Positions 1-14,620 of a stretch of DNA of 64,000 nucleotides are shown in pieces. The stretch covers positions 1,922,001 through 1,986,000 of the forward strand of contig NC_090365.1 in the NCBI RefSeq assembly GCF_035084215.1. The letters run 5' to 3'. How positions within the stretch are numbered: the stretch's first letter is position 1; every line of letters starts with the position of its first letter. A program made the translations under genes and the position numbers. The notes below the pieces were generated by a model. That model did not search any database. It had not been told where the DNA came from and saw nothing but the letters and a program-made list of their open reading frames with translations. This DNA comes from Heptranchias perlo (lineage: Eukaryota).

Positions 1-361
1 GGGAGTGGGAAAATAACAAGAAGTTGGGGAAGAGACCGACCCTGGTACCTCTGGCAGCTGAGTACAGGGGGCACTGGTGCCAGCCTAGCCCAGGACTTGG
101 ACCCCGCCCTCTGAGGCTCTTGGCATTGCAGCAAGGAGACGGGGGAAAAAAAAGGGGGGGGGCCAGAGTGCGAGAGAAATTCCCCCTCCCGACAGTCCGA
201 CGGGTAAAAGGAGGCAAAAGAATCAGAGAAAATAAACACTGGAAGTTCAAGGATGGGGACGAGTGTAAGAGACGAGGGTGTCGGGGGATAAGGGGCTGAA
301 ACAGAAGGTTTGAAGCCCACAGTCTAAATTTTGAAATCAGTAGGGTGGGGACAGAAAATAA

Positions 362-486
362 GGGGGCAATTTTAACCCAACTCGCCCGTCGGAAAACTGA
401 CGAGCTCGGGGTCAACGCGTTTAAAACCAGTGTTCAGCCCAATCCCAAGGGTTTCCAGACGGGCGAATTAGGTTAAAATTACTCCC
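362..486. mobile_element. Short MITE-like element with ~36-bp imperfect terminal inverted repeats
   Basis: 362-397 GGGGGCAATTTTAACCCAACTCGCCCGTCGGAAAAC matches the reverse complement of 451-486 at 30/36 positions; ~53-bp spacer; no coding capacity. Confidence 0.6.
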
Positions 487-1090
487 ACAACAGTCTGATT
501 TTTGACCGTGAGGTTCCCTTCTGCTAATGGTCCATTATTACCAGTATCTGTTCCCTGGACACCTATTTTAGTCCCTCGGGATGGGTGGTGTCAGCGATTG
601 TCCAGAACGGATTCATAGCTTTAGTGATCCAGCCCCACTATTCTCACCCCACACACCCCCTCACCACCGTCCCAAAATAAATCTCAAGGTTTTCAGACAG
701 TATCAGGTCTGAGTCAGGTGACTGACAGACACAGAGTTGGACCCCATTGTAACAGGGATCGCGAGACACAGCGTCCGGTAAAAAGAGCGAGAGGATCAGA
801 CAGACACACAGAGAGGAACAGGCACAGAAACAGAGAAGGGAAGGGCTATATATAAACCAATGATCCGAGGAAGACACACAGCAGTCATTGGGGAGACAGC
901 CTAGGCATCCTGTGCACCAACCCCGAGATGATTCACACTGCCCGTCAAGTGTTCAGTGCACACCGCGTGCGTTACAGTTTGATTGAAAAATATCCCCCTT
1001 TCTTGTGCAAGCAGCTGCTCCTTCGGTCGATCCCAATGCCCCCCCCCCCCCCACCGCCGAGGGGCACATCGCCCACCGCCTCGCTCGCCA

Positions 1091-1375
<285 letters not shown>

Positions 1376-1414
1376 TTATTCCATCTCCTCCCCCGGATGA
1401 ATTCTCATCCTCAA

Positions 1415-1887
1415 AAAGAACGAACGTGCATTTCTACAGTGCATTCACTCCCTCAGGACATCCCAAAACACTTTACAGTCAATGAAGTATTTTTTGAAAT
1501 GTAGTCACTGTAGTAACGTAGGGAAACACGGCAGCTAATTTTGCGCACAGCAAGATCCCACAAACAGCAATGAGGTAATGACCAGATAATCTGTTTATAG
1601 TGATGTTGGTTGAGGGATAAATATTGGCCCCAGGACACCGAGGAGAACTCCCCTGCTCTTCTTTGAAATAGTGGCCATGGGATCTTTTACATCCACCTGA
1701 GGGGGCAGACGGGGCCTCGGTTTAACGTCTCATCCGAAAGACGGCACCTCAGACAGTGCAGCACTCCCTCAGTACTGACGCTGGAGTGTCGGCCTAGATA
1801 CTGTGCTCAAGTCTCTGGAGTGGGACTTCAACACACAAACTTCTAACCCAGGAGGCAAGAGTGCTACCACTGAGCCATGGCTGATAC
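1415..1887 (-). mobile_element. tRNA-derived SINE (DeuSINE/SacSINE1-like), near full length
   Basis: tRNA-like head with A/B boxes at the right end, conserved body (GGGATCTTGCTGTGCGCAAA) and L2-like tail; the same family recurs >15 times in the window. Confidence 0.85.
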
Positions 1888-1957
1888 TAGAATCATCTAT
1901 CTATAATATATTAAATATCTTAATATGTATGCACTTCCTCAACTACCCCCCCCAATC

Positions 1958-2127
1958 AATTCCTATATCCATATTTACAATGGAAACTGCCTATGTAAAC
2001 ACGTCACAGTGTAATTCCGCCCTCCCACCAGGGGAGGTGCTGCAGCGCCACCACTGAGCAGAGGGTGTAATTACAACCTGACCAGTTTACGTAGGCAGGT
2101 TCAATTATAAATGTGGACACAGGAATT
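1958..2127. repeat. Palindromic dispersed repeat, copy 1 (CTCF-like core)
   Basis: Arms TCCATATTTACAATGGAAACTGCCTATGTAAAC and GTTTACGTAGGCAGGTTCAATTATAAATGTGGA are imperfect inverted repeats; homologous to 38071-38247 and 57125-57275. Confidence 0.7.
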
Positions 2128-2369
2128 TATCACTGAAATATAAAAAGACAAGGACAAAGCGTGTAACTTTAAAGTGAACTGTGTCTGTGAACCCTTGTCC
2201 AATTACGCCCGCACCCTCGAACCCCACCGCTCTGGGTCTCGACTCCCCCAGTATAATACCACAGATCAACTACTGTAGCGAAGGATTTCAGGATCGCAGA
2301 ATGAAAAACCCGTAGCAAGCAGATTTACAGAACCGCCCCCATCCCCCATCGGCACGGATCACCCTTTAC

Positions 2370-2486
2370 CTTTCCGCAAAAACGGAACATGGTCGTCCTC
2401 GATCGGGCGGTAGTACGTGTCCCCGTTAAAGTACGTCACCTCTAAAGGATGCAGCTGCAACAGGCCCAGCTTATGAAGCCTCTTCT
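2370..2486 (-). CDS. QPCTL: QPCTL exon 6 (EKRLHKLGLL...IEDDHVPFLRK)
   Basis: Conserved QC motif IEDDHVPFL; acceptor ctctctAG (2488-2487); donor G|GTAAAG (2369); 117 nt, phase 1-1. Confidence 0.95.
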
Positions 2487-2837
2487 CTAGAGAGAAAGAG
2501 ACCAGTGTTAGTGGGCACTCACCCTCGTACGCCCTCCCCCGCCCGCAGACCCACACCGCCTCCCACCCTCTCCACGAGCTGAAACCGTGTCCCCCTAACT
2601 CGTCAAAGTGACTATTCTTCATTCTGAAGGCCGGCTGATATTCGGCCCTCTCCCTAATCCAGAGGCCAATCGATACACCCATTGTTTTGGTGCGTGCGTG
2701 AGGGGAGGGCAGGATACGGTTCGACTGACGCTCTTCCTGGTTAACCAGACTGCCAGCACTCGCTGCCTGGGCTCACACAGGATGAACAGCCACTGGAGTG
2801 AGAAAGTGGAGCTCGGAGCCCATCACATGGGACCCCA

Positions 2838-3772
2838 TGAAGGGCCAGGGCCCACGGGGGGGGGGGGGGGGGGGGGCACGAAGGGCCAGGGCCCACAGGA
2901 CGGGGGGAGGGGGGGGGGGGCACGAAGGGCCAGGGCCCACAGGACGGGGGGAGGGGGGGGGCACGAAGGGCCAGGGCCCACAGGACGGGGGGAGGGGGGG
3001 GGCACGAAGGGCCAGGGCCCACAGGACGGGGGGAGCACGAAGGGCCAGGGCCCACAGGACGGGGGGAGCACGAAGGGCCAGGGCCCACAGGACGGGGGGA
3101 GCACGAAGGGCCAGGGCCCACAGGACGGGGGGAGGGGGGGGGCACGAAGGGCCAGGGCCCACAGGACGGGGGGAGGGGGGGGGCACGAAGGGCCAGGGCC
3201 CACAGGACGGGGGGAGGGGGGGGGGCACGAAGGGCCAGGGCCCACAGGACGGGGGGAGGGGGGGGGGCACGAAGGGCCAGGGCCCACAGGACGGGGGGAG
3301 GGGGGGGGCACGAAGGGCCAGGGCCCACAGGACGGGGGGAGGGGGGGGGCACGAAGGGCCAGGGCCCACAGGACGGGGGGAGGGGGGGGGCACGAAGGGC
3401 CAGGGCCCACAGGACGGGGGGAGGGGGGGGCACGAAGGGCCAGGGCCCACAGGACGGGGGGAGGGGGGGGGCACGAAGGGCCAGGGCCCACAGGACGGGG
3501 GGAGGGGGGGGGGGCACGAAGGGCCAGGGCCCACAGGACGGGGGGAGGGGGGGGGGCACGAAGGGCCAGGGCCCACAGGACGGGGGGAGGGGGGGGGGGC
3601 ACGAAGGGCCAGGGCCCACAGGACGGGGGGAGGGGGGGGGGGGCACGAAGGGCCAGGGCCCACAGGACGGGGGGAGGGGGGGGGGGCACGAAGGGCCAGG
3701 GCCCACAGGACGGGGGGAGGGGGGGGGGCACGAAGGGCCAGGGCCCACAGGACGGGGGGAGGGGCACGAAGG
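2838..3772 (+). repeat. G-rich minisatellite, ~31-45-bp unit CACGAAGGGCCAGGGCCCACAGGACG6AG(n), in QPCTL intron 5
   Basis: Over 20 tandem copies with variable poly-G length; explains the long low-complexity ORFs at 2608-4075. Confidence 0.95.
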
Positions 3773-3834
3773 CGAATGATTGAGAAGAAATTTCAGCCCA
3801 CTTCTAGTGCTCAGATTTATAGAGAGATCCTCAC

Positions 3835-3934
3835 CGATCCCGACCATCCGACTGAACCAGCGGGCTGTGTTCTTGAAGTGGTTCAGGAACAGCGGCTTTG
3901 CTGCACCCAGAAGGTCCAGGAGCACAAACAAGTC
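3835..3934 (-). CDS. QPCTL: QPCTL exon 5 (DLFVLLDLLGA...WFSRMVGI)
   Basis: Motif LFVLLDLLG; acceptor tttcAG (3936-3935); donor G|GTGAGG (3834); 100 nt, phase 0-1. Confidence 0.95.
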
Positions 3935-4144
3935 CTGAAACAGACAGAAAGACTGATCAAGAATTAAACAGGGACCCCCCCCCCCTCCCCCGCCAATGAA
4001 GGTGCAAATATCATTACAGCAAGATCCATCCCCACAGAGAGGTGGAGGAGAAGGCCACTCAACACGAGGGTCCAATAGTGACTATTGTGCAACTCGGTCA
4101 GGGATTGGTGCTGGGAATGGAACACAATCCACATCAGACACCCT

Positions 4145-4548
4145 CTGTCCCATCAAACATCAAACACTCCCAGGGCAGGTACAGCACGGGTTAGAAACAG
4201 AGTAAAGCTCCCTCTACACTGTCCCATCAAACACTCCCAGGGCAGGTACAGGGTTAGATACAGAGTAAAGCTCCCTCTACACTGTCCCATCAAACACTCC
4301 CAGGGCAGGTACAGGGTTAGATACAGAGTAAAGCTCCCTCTACACTGTCCCATCAAACACTCCCAGGGCAGGTACAGGGTTAGATACAGAGTAAAGCTCC
4401 CTCTACACTGTCCCATCAAACACTCCCAGGGCAGGTACAGCACGGGTTAGAAACAGAGTAAAGCTCCCTCTACACTGTCCCATCAAACACTCCCAGGGCA
4501 GGTACAGGGTTAGAAACAGAGTAAAGCTCCCTCTACACTGTCCCAAAC
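4145..4548 (+). repeat. ~60-bp tandem repeat (ACACTCCCAGGGCAGGTACAGGGTTAGATACAGAGTAAAGCTCCCTCTACACTGTCCCATCAA)
   Basis: About 6 near-identical tandem copies in QPCTL intron 4. Confidence 0.95.
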
Positions 4549-4740
4549 AGCATTAATGCTAACTCGGCTCAGACTGGGGAGAAGACTGTGAGCTGTTGGG
4601 TCTGTATTGCTTAGTTGCACTGACTGGGGAGAAGTTTATGGGAGGGGACTCCCCATTCACCTTCAAACTCATGAGCTTCACCGTAAATGCTCTTTGATGT
4701 CAAGCCCTCGGCAACTCAGTTATTTTCCGAGTCATACAGG

Positions 4741-6230
<1,490 letters not shown>

Positions 6231-6459
6231 CGACTGACAAACGTAAAAAAATTTAAGATTGGAAAAAAAGACAGACAATTGCTGGGAATGAAAACCATGG
6301 AGAAACTGTGTTAATCGGAGATCAAACTCACAGCTCGAGTCCTTCCACCCTGGACCCTTCCAGATTTCCACTGGGTGGGGGGAGAGATCTGGGGAACATT
6401 CTCCCCAAAAAGCAGAGGCTAGGTCAAATGAAAATTTAAAAAACACAGAGATTGAAGAG

Positions 6460-7461
<1,002 letters not shown>

Positions 7462-7807
7462 TCACATCAGAGCCCAAACCCTGTCATCACCCAACATGTA
7501 TAATTTTACTTCTTACGGTAAACTCGATTTAGTAGTTTAGCCTGAACCACCCAAGAATTTGCATCAATATAGCCCCTTTAACATAGGAAACTGTCCCTAA
7601 CACAGCCCGTCACCAGTGTGGAGATATCACTATACAGCAGTGGCTTTTTGTGAAAAGAATATTGGGAAGTGACCTGAATTGCAAGAACTCCTTCAGCTCC
7701 ACTTTGACTCGAGACCTGAGCTTGGGTCCATCATGAGCTCCTTTGAGAAGTGAGGGGGGTTGATGCTGAAACAGGAACAAGAGGAAACATTTGAGCCGCA
7801 AACCCAC

Positions 7808-7954
7808 CTGCCGGACAACCTCGATGCCCTCTGACCCCGGGTATCGCTCGATCAGCATTGGCATCAGGAACACATTCCACAGGCGATGGAAGTCGATGAG
7901 TGAGGTGAGCTGCCTCACCTGACTCGACAAGAAACTCTTCGGTTTGTGCTCGCG
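7808..7954 (-). CDS. QPCTL: QPCTL exon 2 (REHKPK...LMPMLIERYPGSEGIEVVRQ)
   Basis: Motif L.P.LIERYPGS.G...VRQ; acceptor caacAG (7956-7955); donor CAG|GTGGGT (7807); 147 nt. Confidence 0.95.
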
Positions 7955-8724
7955 CTGTTGGGAAAAAGATTTCAGAACACAACAGAGTCTAATTTTCATT
8001 CAACCTGAACATGTTGGAAATGAGACAGGAGGAGGGACTTTCACTGAAACCAAGATCGACCTAACCCCCAGCATCCCTCCTCCGGCAACCCGGAAATATT
8101 TAATTTAAAAAAAAGTTTGGATAATTCCCCCGATGACTGACCTGTGCCCAATCCACACAGACCAGAAGTTCCCAGTTTGATTCCCAGTCCGTCCCGAGTT
8201 AGTTCCATAGAAATTACAACATGGAGGCTGGATGATCAGCCCAATCAATTGGTGTTTATCCTCCACATGAGCTGTAGCCTTAATCCCATGTACCTGCTCT
8301 GGTCCCTTGTCCCATTTTTCTTCATCTACCTGTCTAACCCATCCTTCATTGTTGACATGGGATCTGCTTCAATCACTAACTCTGGTAGCACATTCCACGG
8401 CCCCACAACCCTCTTTGTAAAAAAAAACATTTCTCCTGCTCTCTGCCCTTACATTTAATCTGATATCTATCTCCACTTGTTCCAGACCCTTAAAAAAAAT
8501 CACTGGGATCAGTCTATTTCTATCTACTGTCCCATCCCGTCATAATTTTAAACACCTCTATCAAGACGCCCCTTAATCTCCTGTTCTAACAAAAAAAAAC
8601 AATTTTTAAAAGTCTTTCTTTGTATTTCCTCATTCGAGTGAATTGGTGCTGTACCCCCTCTAAACATCCTTCCTATAATGTGGAATCCAATATTGTTCAG
8701 TACTTCAACCGTGCACAAATTGGC

Positions 8725-9090
8725 ACATAATCCAGGCTGACACTCCCAGTGCAGTACTGCACTCTTTTTCAGACGAGATGTTAAACTGAGGCCCCGTCTT
8801 CCCTCTCAGGTAGGCATAAAAGATCCCACAGCCGCTATTTCAAAGAAGGAGTAGGGGAGTTCTCCCCGGTGTTCTGCCTGATATTTATCGCTCAACCAAC
8901 ATCATTAAAGAATACAGAGTTTCTGGTCATTATCATATTGCTGTTTGTGGGATCTTGCTGTGCAGAAATTGGCTGCCGCATTTCCTACATTACAACAGTG
9001 ACTACACTTCAAAAAAAGTACTTCATTGGCTGTAAAGCACTTTGGGACGTCCTGAAAGGCACTGTTTTAATGTAAATTCATTCTTTCTTT
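8725..9090 (+). mobile_element. DeuSINE-like SINE, partial
   Basis: Same body and tail as the other copies. Confidence 0.8.
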
Positions 9091-9735
9091 GAGCTCATGC
9101 GAAGGTTTTAATATAGATTCACCATTACATCTCAACTTTTATATTCTACACCTCTTGCCATAAAACCCAGTATTCCATTAGTGTTTTTAATGGATTTACC
9201 CACTTGGACGTTCTGCTTTTAATATCTTGTGAACCCCCAAATCTCTCCACATCTCCCAACCTTCCCCCATTCAAACTATAATGACTACTTTCATTTAAAA
9301 AAAAACACAAAACCTGCCATCTCACATTTTTTGCTCAATTCTAGCAATTTGAGTGAAATTACTAAAATTTAACAAACTTAAAAAAAAACCCCAAACCCTG
9401 CATCACTAGGCTACAAGCGGCGAATAATACAAAAAAAACTGAGCGGAAAGGAATTAACCCACAATCAGGATTGGACACGGAACCCAGAGTTAAATGGAGA
9501 ATCCCAGGGTCACTCGGTGTAATTAACAGTAGAACTTACACCAGATGTTACAACGGAACTGTAACACCCTCTTAAAACAAAAACAGATCTGAATTCACAA
9601 ACTAAATTTGTAAAAACTATTAGAATTGAGTTTAAGATTAAATATAAAGGGAGGGGACTTTGTATCGGCCGAGGTCGGAGCCACATTGTTGCAGTTTGAA
9701 TGTCACAATGTGTTTTTTTGGTGGGAGCCGCGTAC

Positions 9736-9921
9736 CTTTTGCTGGATCCAATCCGCCTGCATTTCCTCGCTGTGTTCGGCCGTGGAATAAAGCCCCCAAA
9801 TAATGTAGAGGACCGTGAGGGCGAAGGAGGCGAAGAGCAAGGCCGCTCCCCAGGGGATCCCAGCCAGAGGGGAGCGCTTGTCGGAGCGGGAGGCGCGGGC
9901 ATTCCTGGCTGATTTAGACAT
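9736..9921 (-). CDS. QPCTL: QPCTL exon 1 (basic cytosolic tail plus transmembrane signal anchor)
   Basis: ATG at 9921; MSKSARNARASRSDKR followed by hydrophobic WGAALLFASFALTVLYIIWGL (type II anchor typical of Golgi isoQC rather than secreted QPCT); donor AAG|GTACGC (9735). Spliced CDS is 1146 nt = 381 aa. Confidence 0.88.
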
Positions 9922-10322
9922 GACCGGTGACCGGGGAAAGAGACAAGGCTCTCAGTGGATCTGTTAAACCCTATTTTTTTAAAAAAAACAAAATTGCACA
10001 TTTATATTCCCCCCCCCCAAAAAAAAAACAAAATTAAAAGAGTTCAAACGTGACTCAGTTCCCACTGGTCAGTTTGTGTGCCGCAGGGCGATTCCCTGCT
10101 CCTCCGGGCAGTTTATTAAATCCTTGTCTCTCTTCCTCTGAACCCACTTTATACAATCAGTTTAAAAAAGGAGACGCAGAATGATGACATGAGACTGTGG
10201 GCGTTCTCTATTCTTAAAAAGGCACCTTCTCTTCACTCGGATGTTCCTGACTGACAGCCACTGCGGTAAAGAAAGGCTGAAAAATAAGTGCATCAAATAT
10301 TATCTGAATCACTTTGCCCATC

Positions 10323-10660
10323 AAAGAAGGACTTGCATTTATATAGCGCCCTCAGGACGTCCCAATGCGATGTGCAGTCCTTTGCTTAGGATACCCGGCA
10401 GCCAATGTGCTCACAGCCACTCCCACAAACAGCAGTGGATAATGACTGGATAATCTGTTTTTAGTGATGTTGATTGAGGGATAAATATTGGCCAGGATAC
10501 TGGGGAGAACTCTTCTTTGAATAGTGCCCTGGGATGTTTTATGTCCACCTGAGAGGGCAGACGGGGCCTCGGTTTAACGTTTCATGCAAAAGTCGGCACC
10601 TCCGACAATGCAGCACTCCCTCAGTACTGCACCGAAGTGTCAGTCTAGATTATATGTTCA
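10323..10660 (-). mobile_element. DeuSINE-like SINE, partial
   Basis: Tail CTTGCATTTATATAGCGCC and conserved body on the minus strand. Confidence 0.8.
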
Positions 10661-11659
10661 TTAATGCCCAGGGGAAATGTGCCAACCTCTGACCAACTTG
10701 TACAGTAGTGATGTTATTATGTCATTAATGATGTGAGCTCTTGATCGCTGGAAAGCTGGTTCAGATCACTGTGGCACCGAGTACATATTATGGGCTTCGT
10801 AGTGACATAAGCAGATGGAGGATAATCGGGAGACGGGGTGAGGGTGGGTGGGTCCTTTAAGTTAAAGGGGAGGGACAAAATAAAACGCCTCCGCCAAGTG
10901 AGTAATAGAAAGTTCTGTTTCTCCTTTAATTTGAAATCTGACCAATCAGCAACACAGTGATTGATGAGCCATTCAACACAGGAAATATTCCAATCAGGAA
11001 CAACAAATAAAAACCAGGATTAAATTAAATTTGTGTCCCGTCCAAAAAATTACAACAAATGGAGTTGAGATTCTGCGATACTCAGTATCTGTACGTACTA
11101 TATTTACATACTCATGAGTTACTATACAATGTATTTGGGCGGGAAAGTGGAGTTGAGGTCGAAGATCAGCCATGATCTGATTGAATGGTCGAGCAGGCTC
11201 GAGGGACCGAATGGCCTCCTCCTGCTCCTATTTCTTATGTGATGCACTCTACCTCCAGATTAAGTGAATTTTAATTCCATGTTCTCTGCTCCCTGGATGG
11301 TGTTGCCTCTTGCTGGGGTACAATTCCAAATGGTGCTTGCCCACCCTCTGCTAACTTCTGTCCAAGAGGCCATTCTTCATGTGTGAGCCTAGGTGGTGTC
11401 AACCATGGGGGGCATCACTGTCAAACCCAATGCCTGTGACTACAAACATATACTTGGTGAGCAGCAATCATGAGCAGGAACCTGTCTGATTACCCCTCTT
11501 CCCCCCATTCCCACCAGCCCAGGGGCAAATTGTAGCACCTCTATCACCAACTCAGTTGAGCTAACTCAGCAGCAACAGGAGGGGAAGGGGCAGGGGGAGG
11601 GGAGAGGCAGACCTGGGACCCTCTGGTCTGTAGTGCACCAGGCTGTGGTGGGAATTGGG

Positions 11660-12597
11660 AGGCCAGTAAATGGGAGAAAGGAGAGGGCACCAGTAAATGG
11701 GGGAATTAGAGGAGGGCACCAGTAAATGGGGGAATTAGGGGAGGGCACCAGTAAATGGGGGAATTAGAGGAGGGCACCAGTAAATGGGGGAATTAGGGGA
11801 GGGCACCAGTAAATGGGGGAATTAGGGGAGGGCACCAGTAAATGGGGGAATTAGGGGAGGGCACCAGTAAATGGGGGAATTAGGGGAGGGCACCAGTAAA
11901 TGGAGGAATTAGAGGAGGGCACCAGTAAATGGGGGAATTAGGGGAGGGCATCAGTAAATGGGGGAATTAGAGGAGGGCACCAGTAAATGGGGGAATTGGG
12001 GAATGCACCTGGGAATTGGGGGAGGGCACCTGTAAATGGGGGAATTGGGGGAGGGTACCTGTAATTGGGGGAATTGGGGGAGTGCACCTGTAAATGGGGG
12101 AATTGGGGGAGGGTACCTGTAATTGGGGGAGGGTACCTGTAAATGGGGGAGTGCACCAGTAAATGGGGGAATTGGGGAATGCACCTGGGAATTGGGGGAG
12201 TGCACCTGTAAATGGGGGAATTGGGGGAGTGCACCAGTAAATGGGGGAATTGGGGGAGTGCACCAGTAAATGGGGGAATTAGAGGAGGGCACCTGTAATT
12301 GGAGGAGTGCACCTGTAAATGGGGGAATTGGGGGAGTGCACCAGTAAATGGGGGAATTAGAGGAGGGCACCTGTAATTGGAGGAGTGCACCTGTAAATGG
12401 GGGAATTGGGGGAGTGCACCAGTAAATGGGGGAATTAGATGAGGGCACCTGTAATTGGAGGAGTGCACCTGTAAATGGGGGAATTGGGGGAGGGTACCTG
12501 TAATTGGGGGAGGGTACCTGTAAATGGGGGAATTGGGGGAGGGTACCTGTAATTGGGGGAGTGCACCTGTAAATGGGGGAATTGGGGGAGTGCACCA
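11660..12597 (+). repeat. G-rich minisatellite, ~29-bp unit GGGCACCAGTAAATGGGGGAATTAGGGGA and variants
   Basis: Homogeneous 29-mers from 11685 to 11990, then mixed longer and shorter variants. Confidence 0.95.
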
Positions 12598-12604
12598 TGA
12601 AATG

Positions 12605-12995
12605 GCCTCTTTTCTCGAGAAAAGAGATGACTGAGACGTGATCTGATCACCTTTAAAATTATAGACTAGGTATAGAGACGTTCCCAATTGTGGAGGTGTC
12701 CAAATCTATTGGCCATAAATCCACGATTAATAAATCCAATAAGGAATTCAGGAGAAACGTACTTACCCAGAGAGCAGATAGAATGTGGAACTCGCTATCA
12801 CAAGGAATGGTTGAGGCGAATAGCACAGATGCATTTAAGGGGAAGCTGGATAAACACATGAGGGAGAAAGGAATAGAAGGATATGCTGATAGGGTGAGAT
12901 GAATTAGGGAGGGAGGATGCTTGTCTGGAGCATAAACACCGGCATAGACCAGTTGGGCCGAATGGCCTGTTTCTGTGCCATAAATTCATTGTAAT
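12605..12995 (+). mobile_element. CR1 LINE 3' fragment
   Basis: EFRRN..TQR..RMWNSL...FKGKLDKHMREKGIEGY; 3' end GGGCCGAATGGCCTGTTTCTGTG. Confidence 0.85.
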
Positions 12996-13369
12996 TCCTG
13001 AGGTGCGATGCCCAGAGATGAATGCAGTGTCTCCAGATGGAGTCTAACCAGAGCTCTCTACAGCTGTAACATAACTTCTACCCTTTTGTATTCCAGCCCT
13101 ATTGAGAGCTCCAACCTGGCAGCTGGATCTGTAGGAAGAAAATTATTGAGACAACCAATTGATGAGTAATCATTTCACACCATTCTGTTTACTCCAGGAA
13201 GTTTAGAACAAGCCCCACACCACTGCAGTGTTATAGATTCCACCACAGAAGAGGTTATGTGAGCACTCCAGTGCCTCTAGTGTGCAGATGGTACTGAACC
13301 ATTGCAGTTTATTGCTCAGTTCCAACACAGATATCTCCATTGTTTTCCCACACAGATTTGCAAAGAATT

Positions 13370-13805
13370 AACTAGAATTTATGGCACAGAATCAGGCCAT
13401 TCGGCCCAACCGGTCGATGTCGGCGTTTATGCTCCAAACGAGCCTCCTCCCACTCTACTTCATCTCATCCTATCAACAACAACTTGCATTTATATAGCGC
13501 CTTTAACGTAGTAAAACGTCCCAAGGCGCTTCACAGGAGCGATTATCAAACAAAATTTGACACCGAGCCACATAAGGAGATATTAGGACAGGTGACCAAA
13601 AGCTTGGTGGAAGAGGTAGGTTTTAAGGAGCATCTTAAAGGAGGAGAGGGGTTTACAGAGGGAACTCCAGAGAGACCCTAGGCAGCTGAAGGGAATATCC
13701 TTCTATTCCTTTCTCCCTCATGTACCTATCCAGCTTCCTTTTAAATGCATCTGTTCTCTTCACCTCAACCCCTCCATTCTAACCACCCTCTGGATAAAGA
13801 AGCTT
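13370..13805 (-). mobile_element. CR1 3' fragment interrupted by a nested L2 3' fragment (~13475-13690)
   Basis: CR1 tail breaks at ...CCTATCA and resumes at ATATCCTTCTATTCC; the insert begins with an (ACA)n-CTTGCATTTATATAGCGCC L2 tail. Confidence 0.75.
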
Positions 13806-14109
13806 GTGATGGTTTCCCAATCCCTGCTGTCGCTGTGGACTCAGGTGGGATTTTCATAAAATTTGGATTCAGCAAGAAAAGCTCTTGAGCACCTGATTCA
13901 ACTTTACATTATTTGAGGCCAGCACGGGCAGGGAATTAATATGGGGGAGCGGTTCCCCCTCCACTCTGCAGAGTTCCTAACCTCAGCCTTGTGGCTGTAG
14001 GGAGGCGTTTCCCCATTGGGTTGAGGGGGAAAGTTGAAGGGTGGTTCAAAGCAGCTCAGTCAGGCCAGGGACGGTGGGGCCCAAAACTGGATGAAAAAAA
14101 AAATAATTA

Positions 14110-14620
14110 AACATTTGCAATTCTATAGCACCTTGAAATATCTCAAAACGCTTCACAAAATTACACTGAAGCACAGCGATTATTGTGTAGGCAAACATAG
14201 CAGCCATTCTGTCCACAGCAAGATCCCACAAACATCAATGAGACGAGCGGGGCAGTTAATCTGTTTTTGGTGATGTTGATTGGTTGAGGGAGGAATGTCG
14301 GCCAGGACACCGGGGAGAACTCCTCTGCTCTTCTTCCAATTTTTTGCGGCGGGATCGTTTACGTCCACCTGAGAGGGCAGACGGGCCCTCAGTTTGACAT
14401 CTCATCTGAAAGACAGCACCTCCGGCAGCGCAGCACTCCCTCAGTACTGGCACTGGGAGCGTCAGCCTGGGTTACGTGCTCAAGTCTCTGGAGTGGGACT
14501 TGAACCCACGACCTTCTGACTCAAGAGGCGAGAGTGCCTCAGATTAACATCTCTGACAGCACCTCTGGCAGTGCAGCACTCCCCCCTGTACTGCACCAGA
14601 GTGCCGGCCGAGAACATGGG
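14110..14620 (-). mobile_element. DeuSINE-like SINE plus a partial duplicate
   Basis: Conserved body and B-box GGTTCAAGTCCC on the minus strand. Confidence 0.8.

Noticed and set aside
2608-4075. Five long Gly/Pro-rich ORFs (296-444 aa)
   Set aside because: Translations of a stop-free minisatellite; only 3835-3934 is a real QPCTL exon.
11938-12687. Pro-rich repetitive ORFs
   Set aside because: Minisatellite translations on the C-rich strand.
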